From the UHGV virus genome UHGV-0027388: 64,000 nucleotides of DNA; one strand, written 5' to 3'. Below the pieces are notes generated by a model, which was given only the letters and a program-made list of their open reading frames with translations, had not been told where the DNA came from and made no database searches. Made by a program: the position numbers and the translations under genes. Of this stretch, positions 7,833 to 16,357 are shown piece after piece (positions within the stretch are counted from its first letter, which is position 1; every line of letters begins with the position of its first letter). Source of the DNA: a virus.

Positions 7833-8006
7833 TTACTTGCTGAGTTCTTCCTCAAGGACACGCCTGAACCACTCTGTGCGCCCCTCTCCACGTTCTGAGA
7901 GTTTTCGGTCGAGAGCGTCAGCCTTGTCCCTGTCTACGAGGAAAACTAATTGCTTCTTAGCTTTCCTCAACTCGCGGAAGTATTCAGCACGGCTTTTTTC
8001 AGCCAC
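7833..8006 (-). CDS. ribbon-helix-helix-like small protein (57 aa, GTG start; ...KQLVFLVDRDKADALDRKLSERGEGRTEWFRRVLEEELSK)
   Basis: RBS AAGGAGGTG 6 nt upstream of the GTG. Its own TTGACT-N17-TATATT promoter carries a repeated TGTTGCTAACAACAA motif. Confidence 0.45.
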   Translation of the reverse strand: MAEKSRAEYFRELRKAKKQLVFLVDRDKADALDRKLSERGEGRTEWFRRVLEEELSK

Positions 8007-8057
8007 CGGCTCACCTCCTTGTTGCTAACAACAATATACTATGTTGCTAACAACAAG

Positions 8058-8120
8058 TCAAGAAGTTTCTTTTCGTCGGCGGTCACAGTGGGGCTGCTTC
8101 ATGCTTTTACGAATAGTCAT
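8058..8120 (-). pseudogene. truncated 5' remnant of an acidic-family gene (MTIRKSMKQPHCD..., 20 codons then stop)
   Basis: DNA atgactattcgtaaaagcatgaa...ccactgtgac matches the start of copy A with an internal deletion. It runs directly into the promoter of the RHH gene at 7833-8006. Confidence 0.45.
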
Positions 8121-8363
8121 ACTTAAAACCTCATTTCTGGTATTTTGGGATTGGACTTCGGAATGAAGCCCCGCTCCCTTGAACTGCCTTTATTATAGTA
8201 CTTACTAAGTACAACCGCAATCGGCAGAATAAACAATGATTAAGTACAAGTATTGTGCATTATTGTACTTGCCAAGTGCTGACATTATGCGCTATAATAA
8301 GGACAATGGAAAAGGTATGCTTATATTAGTTTGCTACTTACAGAAACGAAAGGGCGGGATAGC

Positions 8364-8705
8364 ATGGCTGTAACTGAATCCAGGAAAAAAGCGAACGCTA
8401 AATGGGATGCGGCAAATCTTGATAGGATGTCGCTTGCACTCCACAAAGGAAAGAAAGACGCAATTAAAGCGGCGGCGGCGCTGGCCGGTGAAAGTATGAA
8501 CCAGTATATCGGTAATGCAATTGATATGCGCATGGCTGGGGTGGCAGGGAGTGAAGTTACTGCTTCTATTTTGACACCTGCTGCTCTGTGTGCGGCTCAG
8601 ACGGGCGCAAAGCTGGCAGGGGAGGAAGTACCCGCCTTTGTGGAAAGGGCTGTTAAAAACGAATCTAAGCGGGATGAAATGCAAAGAAAACTGCTTGGTA
8701 AATAA
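8364..8705 (+). CDS. ribbon-helix-helix-like DNA-binding protein (113 aa)
   Basis: Likely internal start of ORF 8331..8705. Paralogous to 30578-30775 (KANAKWDAANLD...GESMNQYIGNAI versus KAVAKYTKANYD...GESVNGFIGRAI). The upstream operator carries inverted AAGTACAA/TTGTACTT repeats. Confidence 0.55.
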   Translation: MAVTESRKKANAKWDAANLDRMSLALHKGKKDAIKAAAALAGESMNQYIGNAIDMRMAGVAGSEVTASILTPAALCAAQTGAKLAGEEVPAFVERAVKNESKRDEMQRKLLGK

Positions 8706-9081
8706 AAGGCCCGGAAAAGTGGTGCAAACATGGCAAAAACCAAAGCCCAGCAAGCTACACAAAAGATGAAAACGAGAGTCAACCTTGACGGGCTGGCTCT
8801 CGTTTCTTATTAAAGGCAAGATTGATTTTCTGTGATTATTTTTCGGAATCCGTCTTTATCTGCTTCATAGCATCCTGCATCTTAATCTTATACCAGTAAA
8901 CAGGAAGATTTGCGCAAATTTACACGGTAAACAGTAAGGGATTTACACGGTAAACAGGAGCAAGGGGTGAGAACAGGTATTTTCCCCTATTCCGCAACAC
9001 ATTTTTGTCAACCTGTCAACAGAACTGTCAACTTTCACCCGACTCTACAACTTTTTATTGTGGACGCGGTTGTAGCTAGAT

Positions 9082-9351
9082 TTATGGAATATATTTACAG
9101 AATTTCATGCGCCACGTTCTGGTTGTTATTTCCTCTCTGTGCTTGCGCTGCCATTCTTCTGAAACCTGCTTGAAAGTTATTATTTTTGGCTGAATTGCCT
9201 TGTTTAACTTCGTGTAAAGGCGTTCGGGATCGCGGTCATAAACATACCTCCGTTGACCGTTTCCGCCCAGATAAGAGCCTTGATAGCGACCGTCTTTTTG
9301 CAGTGTAAACATCGACGCGAAATCCAAAGTTTTCTCTTGTTCTTTGCCCAT
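9082..9351 (-). pseudogene. N-terminal fragment of a second tyrosine integrase (arm-binding domain only)
   Basis: MGKEQEKTLDFASMFTLQKDGRYQGSYLGGNGQRRYVYDRDPERLYTKLNKAIQPKIITFKQVSEEWQRKH... matches the integrase N-terminal DNA-binding domain pattern. GGAGGT RBS. No catalytic domain follows. Confidence 0.5.
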
Positions 9352-9846
9352 GATGTTACCTCCCCGTAACAAGCGTTTCTGTTTCTTACGGCGTCAGTTT
9401 ATCATGCGCAGTTTGAAAGTCAATGAACCATCCTGCCCAACAGGCCAGACTGTAAAACGGCGTAGAATGCGTTCTGAGCGGTTTTTATCTGCCGTTGATT
9501 AGTTTTGCACCTACGCACCTAAAAATCGCTTTACGGTCGTTCTGTGGCTTCTGATGGCATTTTGGAAGTGTTCCCTGTGTGTGCAGGTGCGTATATGCGT
9601 GTGTGAGCGCGTGTGATGCCCGGTGTGCCGTTTTCAGAGCTTCAACGGGAAATTACATTCCGCAAGTTCAAAACGCCTTCTTAGCCGCTCTGTGACTGTT
9701 AGAGGGCAACTGATTGATTTGCGCCGAGATTGTATTTTTTTCTTTCCTGATTTCGCAGAATTCCGTCCCACCCGCCGTGTACGCGCACGCGCATCAAGTC
9801 TCTGCATATCTTATAAATATATATTATATATATACTAGACTTGTAA

Positions 9847-9995
9847 GTCTTATTTTCTATTTAGACTCTCTATATATGCTAGTCTCTACTCCTAATCCTG
9901 TAGGTCTTATCTTCTATTTAAGCTCTCTATATATGCTAGTCTGTACTCCTAATCCTGATAGTCTTATTTTCTAACGTAAATCTGTACTATCTGTA
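9847..9995. repeat. about 58-bp tandem repeat, 2.5 copies (agtcttattttctatttagactctctatatatgctagtctctactcctaatcctgt)
   Basis: Direct reading. Copies at 9847-9902, 9903-9960 and 9961-9995. Degenerate TTCTACCGT-type motifs continue to about 10200. Confidence 0.8.
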
Positions 9996-10414
9996 GGTTT
10001 GTACTTCTACCGTACTAAACCTGGAAGTCTTTACTTCTAACTAAGTACTCAAAAAAATAAAAAACTGCATCAATAAACTTGCAAGTCAGTATTTCTACCG
10101 TTAATACGCTGATAGTTATAGCTTTTACTCTTACCGACTATGCTTATAACTTTCCTAAACTTAGAGTTCAAGCCGCTACACAGTATTGCCATTTACTACC
10201 ATAAATATTCCTTTGATTTTACAATTTTATGCGTCTACGGCAGATTTGTTACGGAGTTGACACTTTTTGTCAAGGTTGACAAATATTTTCCTACTCGGTA
10301 GTTAATTACTATTATTATAAAATCCGACGATTTTCGCCTCTTGGTGCATGATACGCCTTTGCCGTGCACCAAACAACACCGCAAATCAGTTTACCATCAT
10401 AAGGAGGAACGCAA

Positions 10415-10715
10415 ATGAAAGAGAAGCGAAATAAGTTAGGCCTGACACAAGAGCAGGTCGACAGGGTGTGATCGTGTGCTTGATGCAAAAGAGATCAACG
10501 CCGAAATAGCCCGCCTTGAATACGTCGAGAGCAGCTATCCGAATTACGCCAAGCTGGCCGACCTCTATATCATCCGCGATAAGATGGAGTCATGCGCAAG
10601 ATTGAGCAAATATAATGCAAATCCCCCAGCCGAAAAAGCTGGGGGATTTGCCGTAGCAAAAACGTATCAAAAGGCGAAATTCACGGTACTTAATTCAAAC
10701 AGAAACGAGCCTTAA
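10415..10715 (+). pseudogene. disrupted HTH-domain gene (18-codon XRE-like N-terminus MKEKRNKLGLTQEQVDRV, stop, then a C-terminal ORF in the +1 frame)
   Basis: AAGGAGGAAC RBS. The first frame stops at 10469-10471. ORF 10476..10715 continues in another frame. Confidence 0.35.
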
Positions 10716-10890
10716 TCGTCATCAAAACACACAAAAATGCGTTAGCGCACAATGGATTGCGTGTTCTGTCAGTCTATGATACAATAAAATACATATAAAA
10801 TATACGAATATTTATCACTATAAAACGAAGCAAACAAGCAAAAACAATCATAATCTGCAATCATTAAGTGTAAAAAATAAAATGCGAGAT

Positions 10891-11961
10891 TTATGGCGTA
10901 GCAGAATCGTAGCATCTCTCCAAAATGGAGCACAAATCGTCCCGTTTGGCTTTGTAGAGATGGGAGTAAACACGGAGTGTTACAGTCACATTTTCGTGGC
11001 CTAAACGCTCTGCTATGAGCAGTGGCTGCACCCCCTGGTCTATCAGCATCGACGCGTGAGAATGTCGGAGATCATGCACCCTGATGATCGGCACACCTGC
11101 CTTAACGCAGTTGCGCTTGCAGTGGTTGCGGAGCATAGACGCGCTTGTACCCTCGAATAGCCTACCGCCTGACATTGTGGCGATAAGCGGGGCTAATTCC
11201 TCCTGCAAAAAGTGTGGGATTGATACAACTCTGACGGAGCTTGCAGTTTTAGGCACTCCGATAATTTCTTCTCCGTTCAGCTTTATGTAGGTTTTGGTAA
11301 TGGATATTTTACCGTCGCTCACATCCTCTGGTGCAAGCGCCAGCAACTCGCCCTCACGCATACCCGTCCAAAACAATGTGTCGAAAGCAATCTTCATAAG
11401 CTCGTTTTGCTCACAAGAACGGAATTTGGCATACTCCTGCACGGTCAGAAATTTCATTTCTCGCTTTTTTTCATTTCTCTTTTCGGCGACTGCGTTTGTG
11501 CATGGATTTGACGGCAGTCCATATAACCGGACAGCAAAGTTAAAAATGCTCGATAACCTCGATTTCAACATAGCGGTCGTCGTTTGAGATAGTTTCCCTC
11601 CGGTTATGCGCGATTTCCGGTTTTGCAGATCGCTATACCACTTGCGTACAGCCAGTGGCGTGACGTCTTGCACTGCGGTTTTTCCAAACGCTGGGCGCAA
11701 ACTCTTTTCGACCGCGAATTCAATCGACGAGTATGTCGTCGGCTTCACCCTTGTTTTTGCGTCCTCTAGATATAGGTCAAGCAGCGACGACATGGACATA
11801 GATAGACTTCCATTCATCTTTTGCAAAAATTCACGCTCGTACTGCTGGGCTTCTCGTTTTGTTGGAAATCCCTCTTTTTTCTTTTGTTTTCGCGTCCCAT
11901 CAAATGTAGTATATCTACAGGTCACCTTCCAGCGCCCGTCCGGCATTTTCGATACGCTCAT
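10891..11961 (-). CDS. int: tyrosine site-specific integrase (phage integrase family)
   Basis: 356 aa. N-terminal arm-binding motif MPDGRWKV. C-terminal catalytic residues in HDLRHSHASMLIDQG...LGHENVTVTLRVYSHLY. Confidence 0.9.
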   Translation of the reverse strand: MSVSKMPDGRWKVTCRYTTFDGTRKQKKKEGFPTKREAQQYEREFLQKMNGSLSMSMSSLLDLYLEDAKTRVKPTTYSSIEFAVEKSLRPAFGKTAVQDVTPLAVRKWYSDLQNRKSRITGGKLSQTTTAMLKSRLSSIFNFAVRLYGLPSNPCTNAVAEKRNEKKREMKFLTVQEYAKFRSCEQNELMKIAFDTLFWTGMREGELLALAPEDVSDGKISITKTYIKLNGEEIIGVPKTASSVRVVSIPHFLQEELAPLIATMSGGRLFEGTSASMLRNHCKRNCVKAGVPIIRVHDLRHSHASMLIDQGVQPLLIAERLGHENVTVTLRVYSHLYKAKRDDLCSILERCYDSATP

Positions 11962-11971
11962 GTCCTACACC

Positions 11972-12391
11972 TCAAATATAGTCCTCAAAATATTGGAGCG
12001 TGCTATATTCGCAAATCAACTTATTGCGCGGAACATCAATCCGAGACTTTGCCTTTTTGTATGTCCTGATATATTGCTCCATTTTTTGCGCTACGAGATG
12101 TTCTTTCCCTCTCAAAGCGTCAAACTCGTTCTGCCTGATATGTGGCTGCACATCGGAAATATAGGAGTTCTTGCGGAGCAAAACGGCCTTTGTGAAATCA
12201 ACACCACACCCAGAATCTTGATCTGTCCATAACACATATTTGTGCTTGATGTGCGACCTCAAAGGAACAGCAAATAAATTCCCCTTAATTCGCACGCAAA
12301 GCATAATGTATGGTCTATCTGCTTTCTGCTCAATTTCCGGGCAATCAAGGTGATCTCGGAAGAATGTATCGGTAAGAAAGATAAAATGCAA
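11972..12391 (-). CDS. toxN: type III toxin-antitoxin toxin, ToxN/AbiQ-family endoribonuclease
   Basis: 139 aa. RPYIMLCVRIKGNLFAVPLRSH aligns with the RPY..G....G..Y..PLSS core of ToxN/AbiQ. The C-terminal CEYSTLQYFEDY resembles ToxN C.FS.LEE.Y. TTG start directly after an intrinsic terminator. Confidence 0.75.
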   Translation of the reverse strand: MHFIFLTDTFFRDHLDCPEIEQKADRPYIMLCVRIKGNLFAVPLRSHIKHKYVLWTDQDSGCGVDFTKAVLLRKNSYISDVQPHIRQNEFDALRGKEHLVAQKMEQYIRTYKKAKSRIDVPRNKLICEYSTLQYFEDYI

Positions 12392-12394
12392 AAG

Positions 12395-12430
12395 AAATAC
12401 CCCCTCATAAATGAGGGGGCGGTCTTCTGG
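12395..12430 (-). terminator. rho-independent terminator between antitoxin repeats and toxN (type III TA attenuator)
   Basis: Minus-strand CCCCCTCAT-tta-TGAGGGGG hairpin followed by TATTTCTTTT. Confidence 0.7.
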
Positions 12431-12432
12431 TT

Positions 12433-12535
12433 GAGCTTTCTTTATATTTAGTTCGACGCGCTCTACGTCGAAATCAACTCAGTGAGCTTTCTTTTTTCCG
12501 CGACAATCGCGCTCTACGATTGCATCTTCAAGGTT
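12433..12535 (-). ncRNA. toxI: ToxI-like antitoxin RNA: two about 51-nt tandem repeats
   Basis: Both repeats share GAGCTTTCTTT and CGCGCTCTACG. Each has a hairpin with the identical loop CGCTCTA on different, compensatory stems (ttcgacg/cgtcgaa versus caatcg/cgattg). Confidence 0.6.
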
Positions 12536-12550
12536 TCCCTTGCACCCTCA

Positions 12551-12578
12551 ATTATATTCAATTTTTCATCTAAGTCAA
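12551..12578 (-). promoter_or_regulatory. promoter of the toxI-toxN operon (TTGACT-N16-TATAAT on the minus strand)
   Basis: The reverse complement reads TTGACTtagatgaaaaattgaaTATAAT. Confidence 0.6.
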
Positions 12579-12611
12579 CACGCTACAAAAGATTATTTTA
12601 TACAGCGGCGC

Positions 12612-13211
12612 TCATAACTTATGCACCACCGATGTTGTATAACTCGCCTTACCGTCCATGACGGCCGCACGGCCTTTGCGCAGGCCGTCTCGGAAAGTCT
12701 CCACATCTGGCATGATGCGGTCTGTGTTGACCAGTAGGCCGTTCGCGCTGGCTGCCTCGTACAGGGTGTCAATCAGGGATGCGACCGCCAGACGCATTGT
12801 CATGGGGAGGTGATCTAACATCACAAATTCTTCAGACTGAGCGCCGATGTTGGAGCCGTGTTCGCCAAACACTAAAAAATCGAATTTTCGCACGGCGCGG
12901 TCCGATGCGACATTGCCTATATAGTGTAGCGCTGCACGGCGCAGCTCGTCGATGCTGCTATCCCGCGTGAGCGTGTACACATCCGGGTAAAGATACTCCA
13001 GCACGGAGGTCAGGGCGTCAACGCTGAATAGGTCAAACCACGAGATAAACTCATCGACGCGAGGAGCTGTCTGCCCGGACTCGTACTTGTCCCACGTCCT
13101 CAAATCTACACCGATCATCTCGGCCATTTTATACTTCGGCAGGCCGGTTCGCGCTCTCAATTTTTGTAGCACAAGAGCACATCCGCCTCGTAATTCTTCC
13201 CTCGTTCTCAT
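12612..13211 (-). CDS. XRE-family HTH protein with an uncharacterised C-terminal domain (199 aa)
   Basis: N-terminal HTH LQKLRARTGLPKYKMAEMIGVDLRTWDKYESGQ. No peptidase motif seen. Confidence 0.65.
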   Translation of the reverse strand: MRTREELRGGCALVLQKLRARTGLPKYKMAEMIGVDLRTWDKYESGQTAPRVDEFISWFDLFSVDALTSVLEYLYPDVYTLTRDSSIDELRRAALHYIGNVASDRAVRKFDFLVFGEHGSNIGAQSEEFVMLDHLPMTMRLAVASLIDTLYEAASANGLLVNTDRIMPDVETFRDGLRKGRAAVMDGKASYTTSVVHKL

Positions 13212-13743
13212 AACTTCACTCCTTTTCTGTGTAAAAATTGTGGTAAATTTTGCTTATGTTACCTCGTTTTATCCATTAAAAGGATAAACGATTTCCTGTA
13301 CAATAACGCTCAAAGGGGGGATAGGGGATGAATTATCGTATAAAAATAGCCGAGCACCCTGAATACGCAGACGCCCTTGTCGCAATGTTTTGAACGGACG
13401 ACATTGGCCGCATATCTGAGCAGGATGCCCGACTTTTCTGGCACTACGTTGTGCCGCAATTACAAGACGGTCATTTTAGGGGAGCAAAGAGGTCACTTGA
13501 TTTCCCACGAGTTCCCGCACTCTTGGCAGAGACAAATTTTCCGGTTCGTGATCTTTGTCTTTTCGCCTCCTTTGGACTTTTTCCAAACGAGATTGGACAG
13601 ACCAAGTGCGCATATCGAACATATGTACTAGTATTTAACTATCAGATGAAAGACGGAGGGGAAAGACATGAATGAAAACGAGCGAGAAGAGATTTTGACG
13701 ATGCTGGATACAATCTATGCCAACAAAGCGGCGAAGGAAAAAC

Positions 13744-14103
13744 TTATTGCATATCTTTTAGATCAGAGTACATTTCGCGGATCATGCGCTTCACCCGCTC
13801 TTGCTCGGTTGGAGGAAGCGTATCAATAAAAGCAGCAGTTTCTTCCGCCGCCTGACTATGACCGCCGCCCATTTGGGTGGCGGTTTTTTCGTCTCCAACA
13901 ATGGAGTCAATCGACACAGAAAAATACTCCGCAATCTTGTTCAGTGTCTTTGTGCTTAATCCGAACTTTCTTCCGCTTTTTAAATCGCTCATGATACCAC
14001 GGCTTATTCCGATGTCGGTACACATCCGGGAATCGGTGACACCCTTGCGCACACACAATGCGTGGATTGTTTCGTACAAATTGCCCATATGCAGACACCC
14101 CAT
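13744..14103 (-). CDS. CI-like XRE-family repressor (119 aa)
   Basis: HTH IHALCVRKGVTDSRMCTDIGISRGIMSDLKSGRK. Divergent from a Cro-like gene across a repeat-rich operator region. Confidence 0.7.
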   Translation of the reverse strand: MGCLHMGNLYETIHALCVRKGVTDSRMCTDIGISRGIMSDLKSGRKFGLSTKTLNKIAEYFSVSIDSIVGDEKTATQMGGGHSQAAEETAAFIDTLPPTEQERVKRMIREMYSDLKDMQ

Positions 14104-14270
14104 TTTGGCATTTACTCCAAATGTACTTAGTTGAGTAATATGTACTTGACTATGTACTCAAACAAGTATATAATAACCATTGTAATGACGCAAACAAGTA
14201 CAATATTTGTTATAATAATTTTAGTACACAAATGCGTACTTGTCAACGAAAAAAGTCAGGAGGTGATAGG
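14104..14270. promoter_or_regulatory. immunity operator region with multiple TGTAC/GTACT half-site repeats
   Basis: atgtacttag, atgtacttgac, atgtactcaaacaagta, caagtacaat, tagtacac, gcgtacttgtcaac. -10-like TATAAT and TTGTCA elements are present. Confidence 0.55.
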
Positions 14271-14528
14271 TTGGTAGCCCAGACGAAGTTTGGTTATGTG
14301 GTCAAGGCAAAGCTACTGGAAATTGGAAAAACACAACAGTGGCTGTATGCCGAGGTAAAAGCTCGCACTGGATTGTACCTTGATAGCGGGTATCTGCATA
14401 AAATCCTGACAAACCAGCGCGAGGCGGTTAATGTACGCAATGCAATTATCGACATCCTTGACATCAGCGAAGATGAAATCAGGGAAGATGAAATCAGGGA
14501 AGAGGATGAGAAAGCGGAGGTGAAATAA
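14271..14528 (+). CDS. Cro-like small HTH regulator (85 aa, TTG start)
   Basis: AGGAGGTG RBS 5 nt before a TTG. HTH KLLEIGKTQQWLYAEVKARTGL. Acidic C-terminus encoded by a 15-bp tandem duplication (EDEIREDEIRE). Confidence 0.55.
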   Translation: MVAQTKFGYVVKAKLLEIGKTQQWLYAEVKARTGLYLDSGYLHKILTNQREAVNVRNAIIDILDISEDEIREDEIREEDEKAEVK

Positions 14529-14714
14529 ATGACCAGACAGCTCATCAACGCCAAAGAGGCCGCCGCCATTCTCGGCATCGGCGAACAGTCAGCGCGGGAA
14601 GTCCTGCGCAAGATCAACGCCGAGATGAAGAAAGAGGGGCTGTTTACATTGGACAACCCCGTTAAGGTCCCCCGGAGAAGATTGCTACAGCGGTTCGGGC
14701 TGGAAAAGGAGTGA
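14529..14714 (+). CDS. small HTH DNA-binding protein (excisionase/AlpA-like, 61 aa)
   Basis: INAKEAAAILGIGEQSAREVLRK matches the Xis/MerR-type HTH pattern. Confidence 0.55.
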   Translation: MTRQLINAKEAAAILGIGEQSAREVLRKINAEMKKEGLFTLDNPVKVPRRRLLQRFGLEKE

Positions 14715-14983
14715 TGGCATGGACAACCTGATTACCCAGCACGGTCGCTGACGTCGCAAAACTGTACGGCGTAGCAGACACCAGAGCACTCATAAAGCAC
14801 GTTAAGTTTGTCGGGACCAGATGGAGCCGCAGGGTGTCTAAGGCTTCTCTAGCGCGGCAGATGAGTTCCTATTGACCATTCTCACATTAAAACGACAACG
14901 GAGGAAGGGAAAAATGAAAGAACGAGATATTGATACCGAAATCAAGGAAGTCTGGAAGCAGCTAAGCGACGAAAGAAAGAAAA

Positions 14984-15355
14984 TCAGTCTTTTGTATCTT
15001 CGCTCTCTTCTGCAAGAAACTCCTGAGCAAGCTGTCCGCGAAGATACCGCAGAACAAACTTCTTCCGTTCAGGGGACAATCTGAGCAGGATATAGTCAAT
15101 TTCTTCATCAACATTTAAATCTTTAGAGAATCCGTCGTTCTTCGGAGCGATGGATTCTTTTTTTACGTCATTGTCCAGAAAATACTCAACCGGAATATCA
15201 AGAGCATCTGCGATAGCTTTCAGCGTATTTCCGCGAGGCTTTCCTCCGTTTTGCCAGTTGGTAATATTTCCGCTGCTCATTCCTATCTTAGCCAAAAAAG
15301 CTGTGACAGAGATACCCTTGCACGCGCACGCATACTGCAATTTGCTATAAAACAT
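14984..15355 (-). CDS. XRE-family HTH repressor (123 aa)
   Basis: HTH LAKIGMSSGNITNWQNGGKPRGNTLKAIADAL. Confidence 0.7.
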   Translation of the reverse strand: MFYSKLQYACACKGISVTAFLAKIGMSSGNITNWQNGGKPRGNTLKAIADALDIPVEYFLDNDVKKESIAPKNDGFSKDLNVDEEIDYILLRLSPERKKFVLRYLRGQLAQEFLAEESEDTKD

Positions 15356-15550
15356 AATACTGCCTCCTCATTTTTGTGCAATTCGTAGAATTGCGTTAAA
15401 ATGCGTAATTTGCAGTTGCAATGCGCAGTTTTACGCAGTATAATGCAAATGCAAGGACGCAAAAACGCAATCTACTTTGTTTCCGCAAATTCATTGTAGC
15501 ACAAAAGCGCATTTTCGTCAATGCAAAAAATTGCGTGGAGGTGAGTTGTT
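15356..15550. promoter_or_regulatory. divergent promoter/operator region with TTGCGTAA/TTACGCA and GCAATTC-gta-GAATTGC palindromes
   Basis: tgcaattcgtagaattgcgttaaaatgcgtaatttgcagttgcaatgcgcagttttacgcagtataatgcaaatgcaaggacgcaaaaacgcaat. Confidence 0.6.
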
Positions 15551-15778
15551 TTGAGTTTCTGGGAAAACTTCGTTTTGCTGTGCAAAGAGAACGGAGAGAA
15601 GCCCACAGTAGTTGTTAACAAGTTGGGGTTAAGCAGTGGAAACATTGCACGTTGGAAAAACGGCGGATCAATTTCCCTTGAGAACGGGAAGAAAATTGCC
15701 GAACATTTCAATGTGCAGATGGAGCGACTAACGTCAGATGACGCAAAAGCGCCACCCACCACAAGGCACTTGGAATGA
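15551..15778 (+). CDS. XRE-family HTH regulator (75 aa)
   Basis: HTH NKLGLSSGNIARWKNGGSISLENGKKIAEHF. Paralogous to 14984-15355. Confidence 0.65.
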   Translation: MSFWENFVLLCKENGEKPTVVVNKLGLSSGNIARWKNGGSISLENGKKIAEHFNVQMERLTSDDAKAPPTTRHLE

Positions 15779-15825
15779 GCGCGGAAAGGAGGAATAAGAA
15801 ATGACACGAAGAGATACGCAGACCA

Positions 15826-16041
15826 TCAGCGGTTAATCTCTGGGTTGTCTGTGCGTCCGGTGAGATAGTCTAGGGAAACTTCAAAGTAATCCGCTAGAGA
15901 AAGCAATTTTTCGTATGCAGGGAATTTTCCGTACTCATATCTCTGGTACACGATGGGCGAAGCACCGATGGCTGTATAAACATCCCTTTGAGTCAGTCCA
16001 CGGGCGGTGCGAAGCTCGCGCAGACGTTCAGCGAAGGTCAT
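15826..16041 (-). CDS. XRE-family HTH repressor (71 aa)
   Basis: LRTARGLTQRDVYTAIGASPIVYQRYEYGKF. Confidence 0.7.
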   Translation of the reverse strand: MTFAERLRELRTARGLTQRDVYTAIGASPIVYQRYEYGKFPAYEKLLSLADYFEVSLDYLTGRTDNPEINR

Positions 16042-16150
16042 AATGGGACACCTCCAAATATTTTTACAAAAGGGGTTGTAACTACAAATGTGTAGTGCTA
16101 TAATACAGCTACACTACATTTTTGTAGTGAATCCAGAAAGAGAGGAGCAA
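16042..16150. promoter_or_regulatory. divergent operator region with ACTACA-aatg-TGTAGT and CACTACA-ttttt-TGTAGTG palindromes flanking TATAAT
   Basis: Direct reading. Confidence 0.6.
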
Positions 16151-16357
16151 GTGAATGTGGCATTAAGAGCGGCCCGCGAACAGTCCGGCAAGACACAAGC
16201 GCAGGTCGCTAAAGAAGTGGGAATTGCCGAAATTGCGTACCAAAGATACGAATACGGCACGACAGAACCACGAGTGCGGACGGCAATCCGCATCGCAGAC
16301 GCATTGGGAACAACGGTGGAAGCGTTGTTCAGGGAAGATTATACACGCTCAGAATGA
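16151..16357 (+). CDS. XRE-family HTH regulator (68 aa, GTG start)
   Basis: GAGAGGAGCAA RBS then GTG. AREQSGKTQAQVAKEVGIAEIAYQRYEYGTTEP is paralogous to 15826-16041 (shared YQRYEYG). Confidence 0.6.
   Translation: MNVALRAAREQSGKTQAQVAKEVGIAEIAYQRYEYGTTEPRVRTAIRIADALGTTVEALFREDYTRSE

Noticed and set aside
7446-8028. Plus-strand ORFs 7446..7898 and 7765..8028
   Set aside because: They run antisense through two minus-strand promoter/operator repeats and two RBS-preceded RHH genes. They have no RBS themselves and hydrophobic, nonsense-like sequence.
8334-8819. 161-aa minus-strand ORF overlapping the RHH-like gene 8364-8705
   Set aside because: Cys/Phe-rich, implausible sequence. The plus-strand gene has a paralogue elsewhere in the window and operator repeats upstream.
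13377-13675. Plus-strand ORFs 13377..13631 and 13451..13675 in the toxIN-to-repressor intergenic region
   Set aside because: There is no RBS. They may be fragments of a frameshifted gene (a 21-codon RBS-less ORF starts at 13328), but the support is too weak to call.
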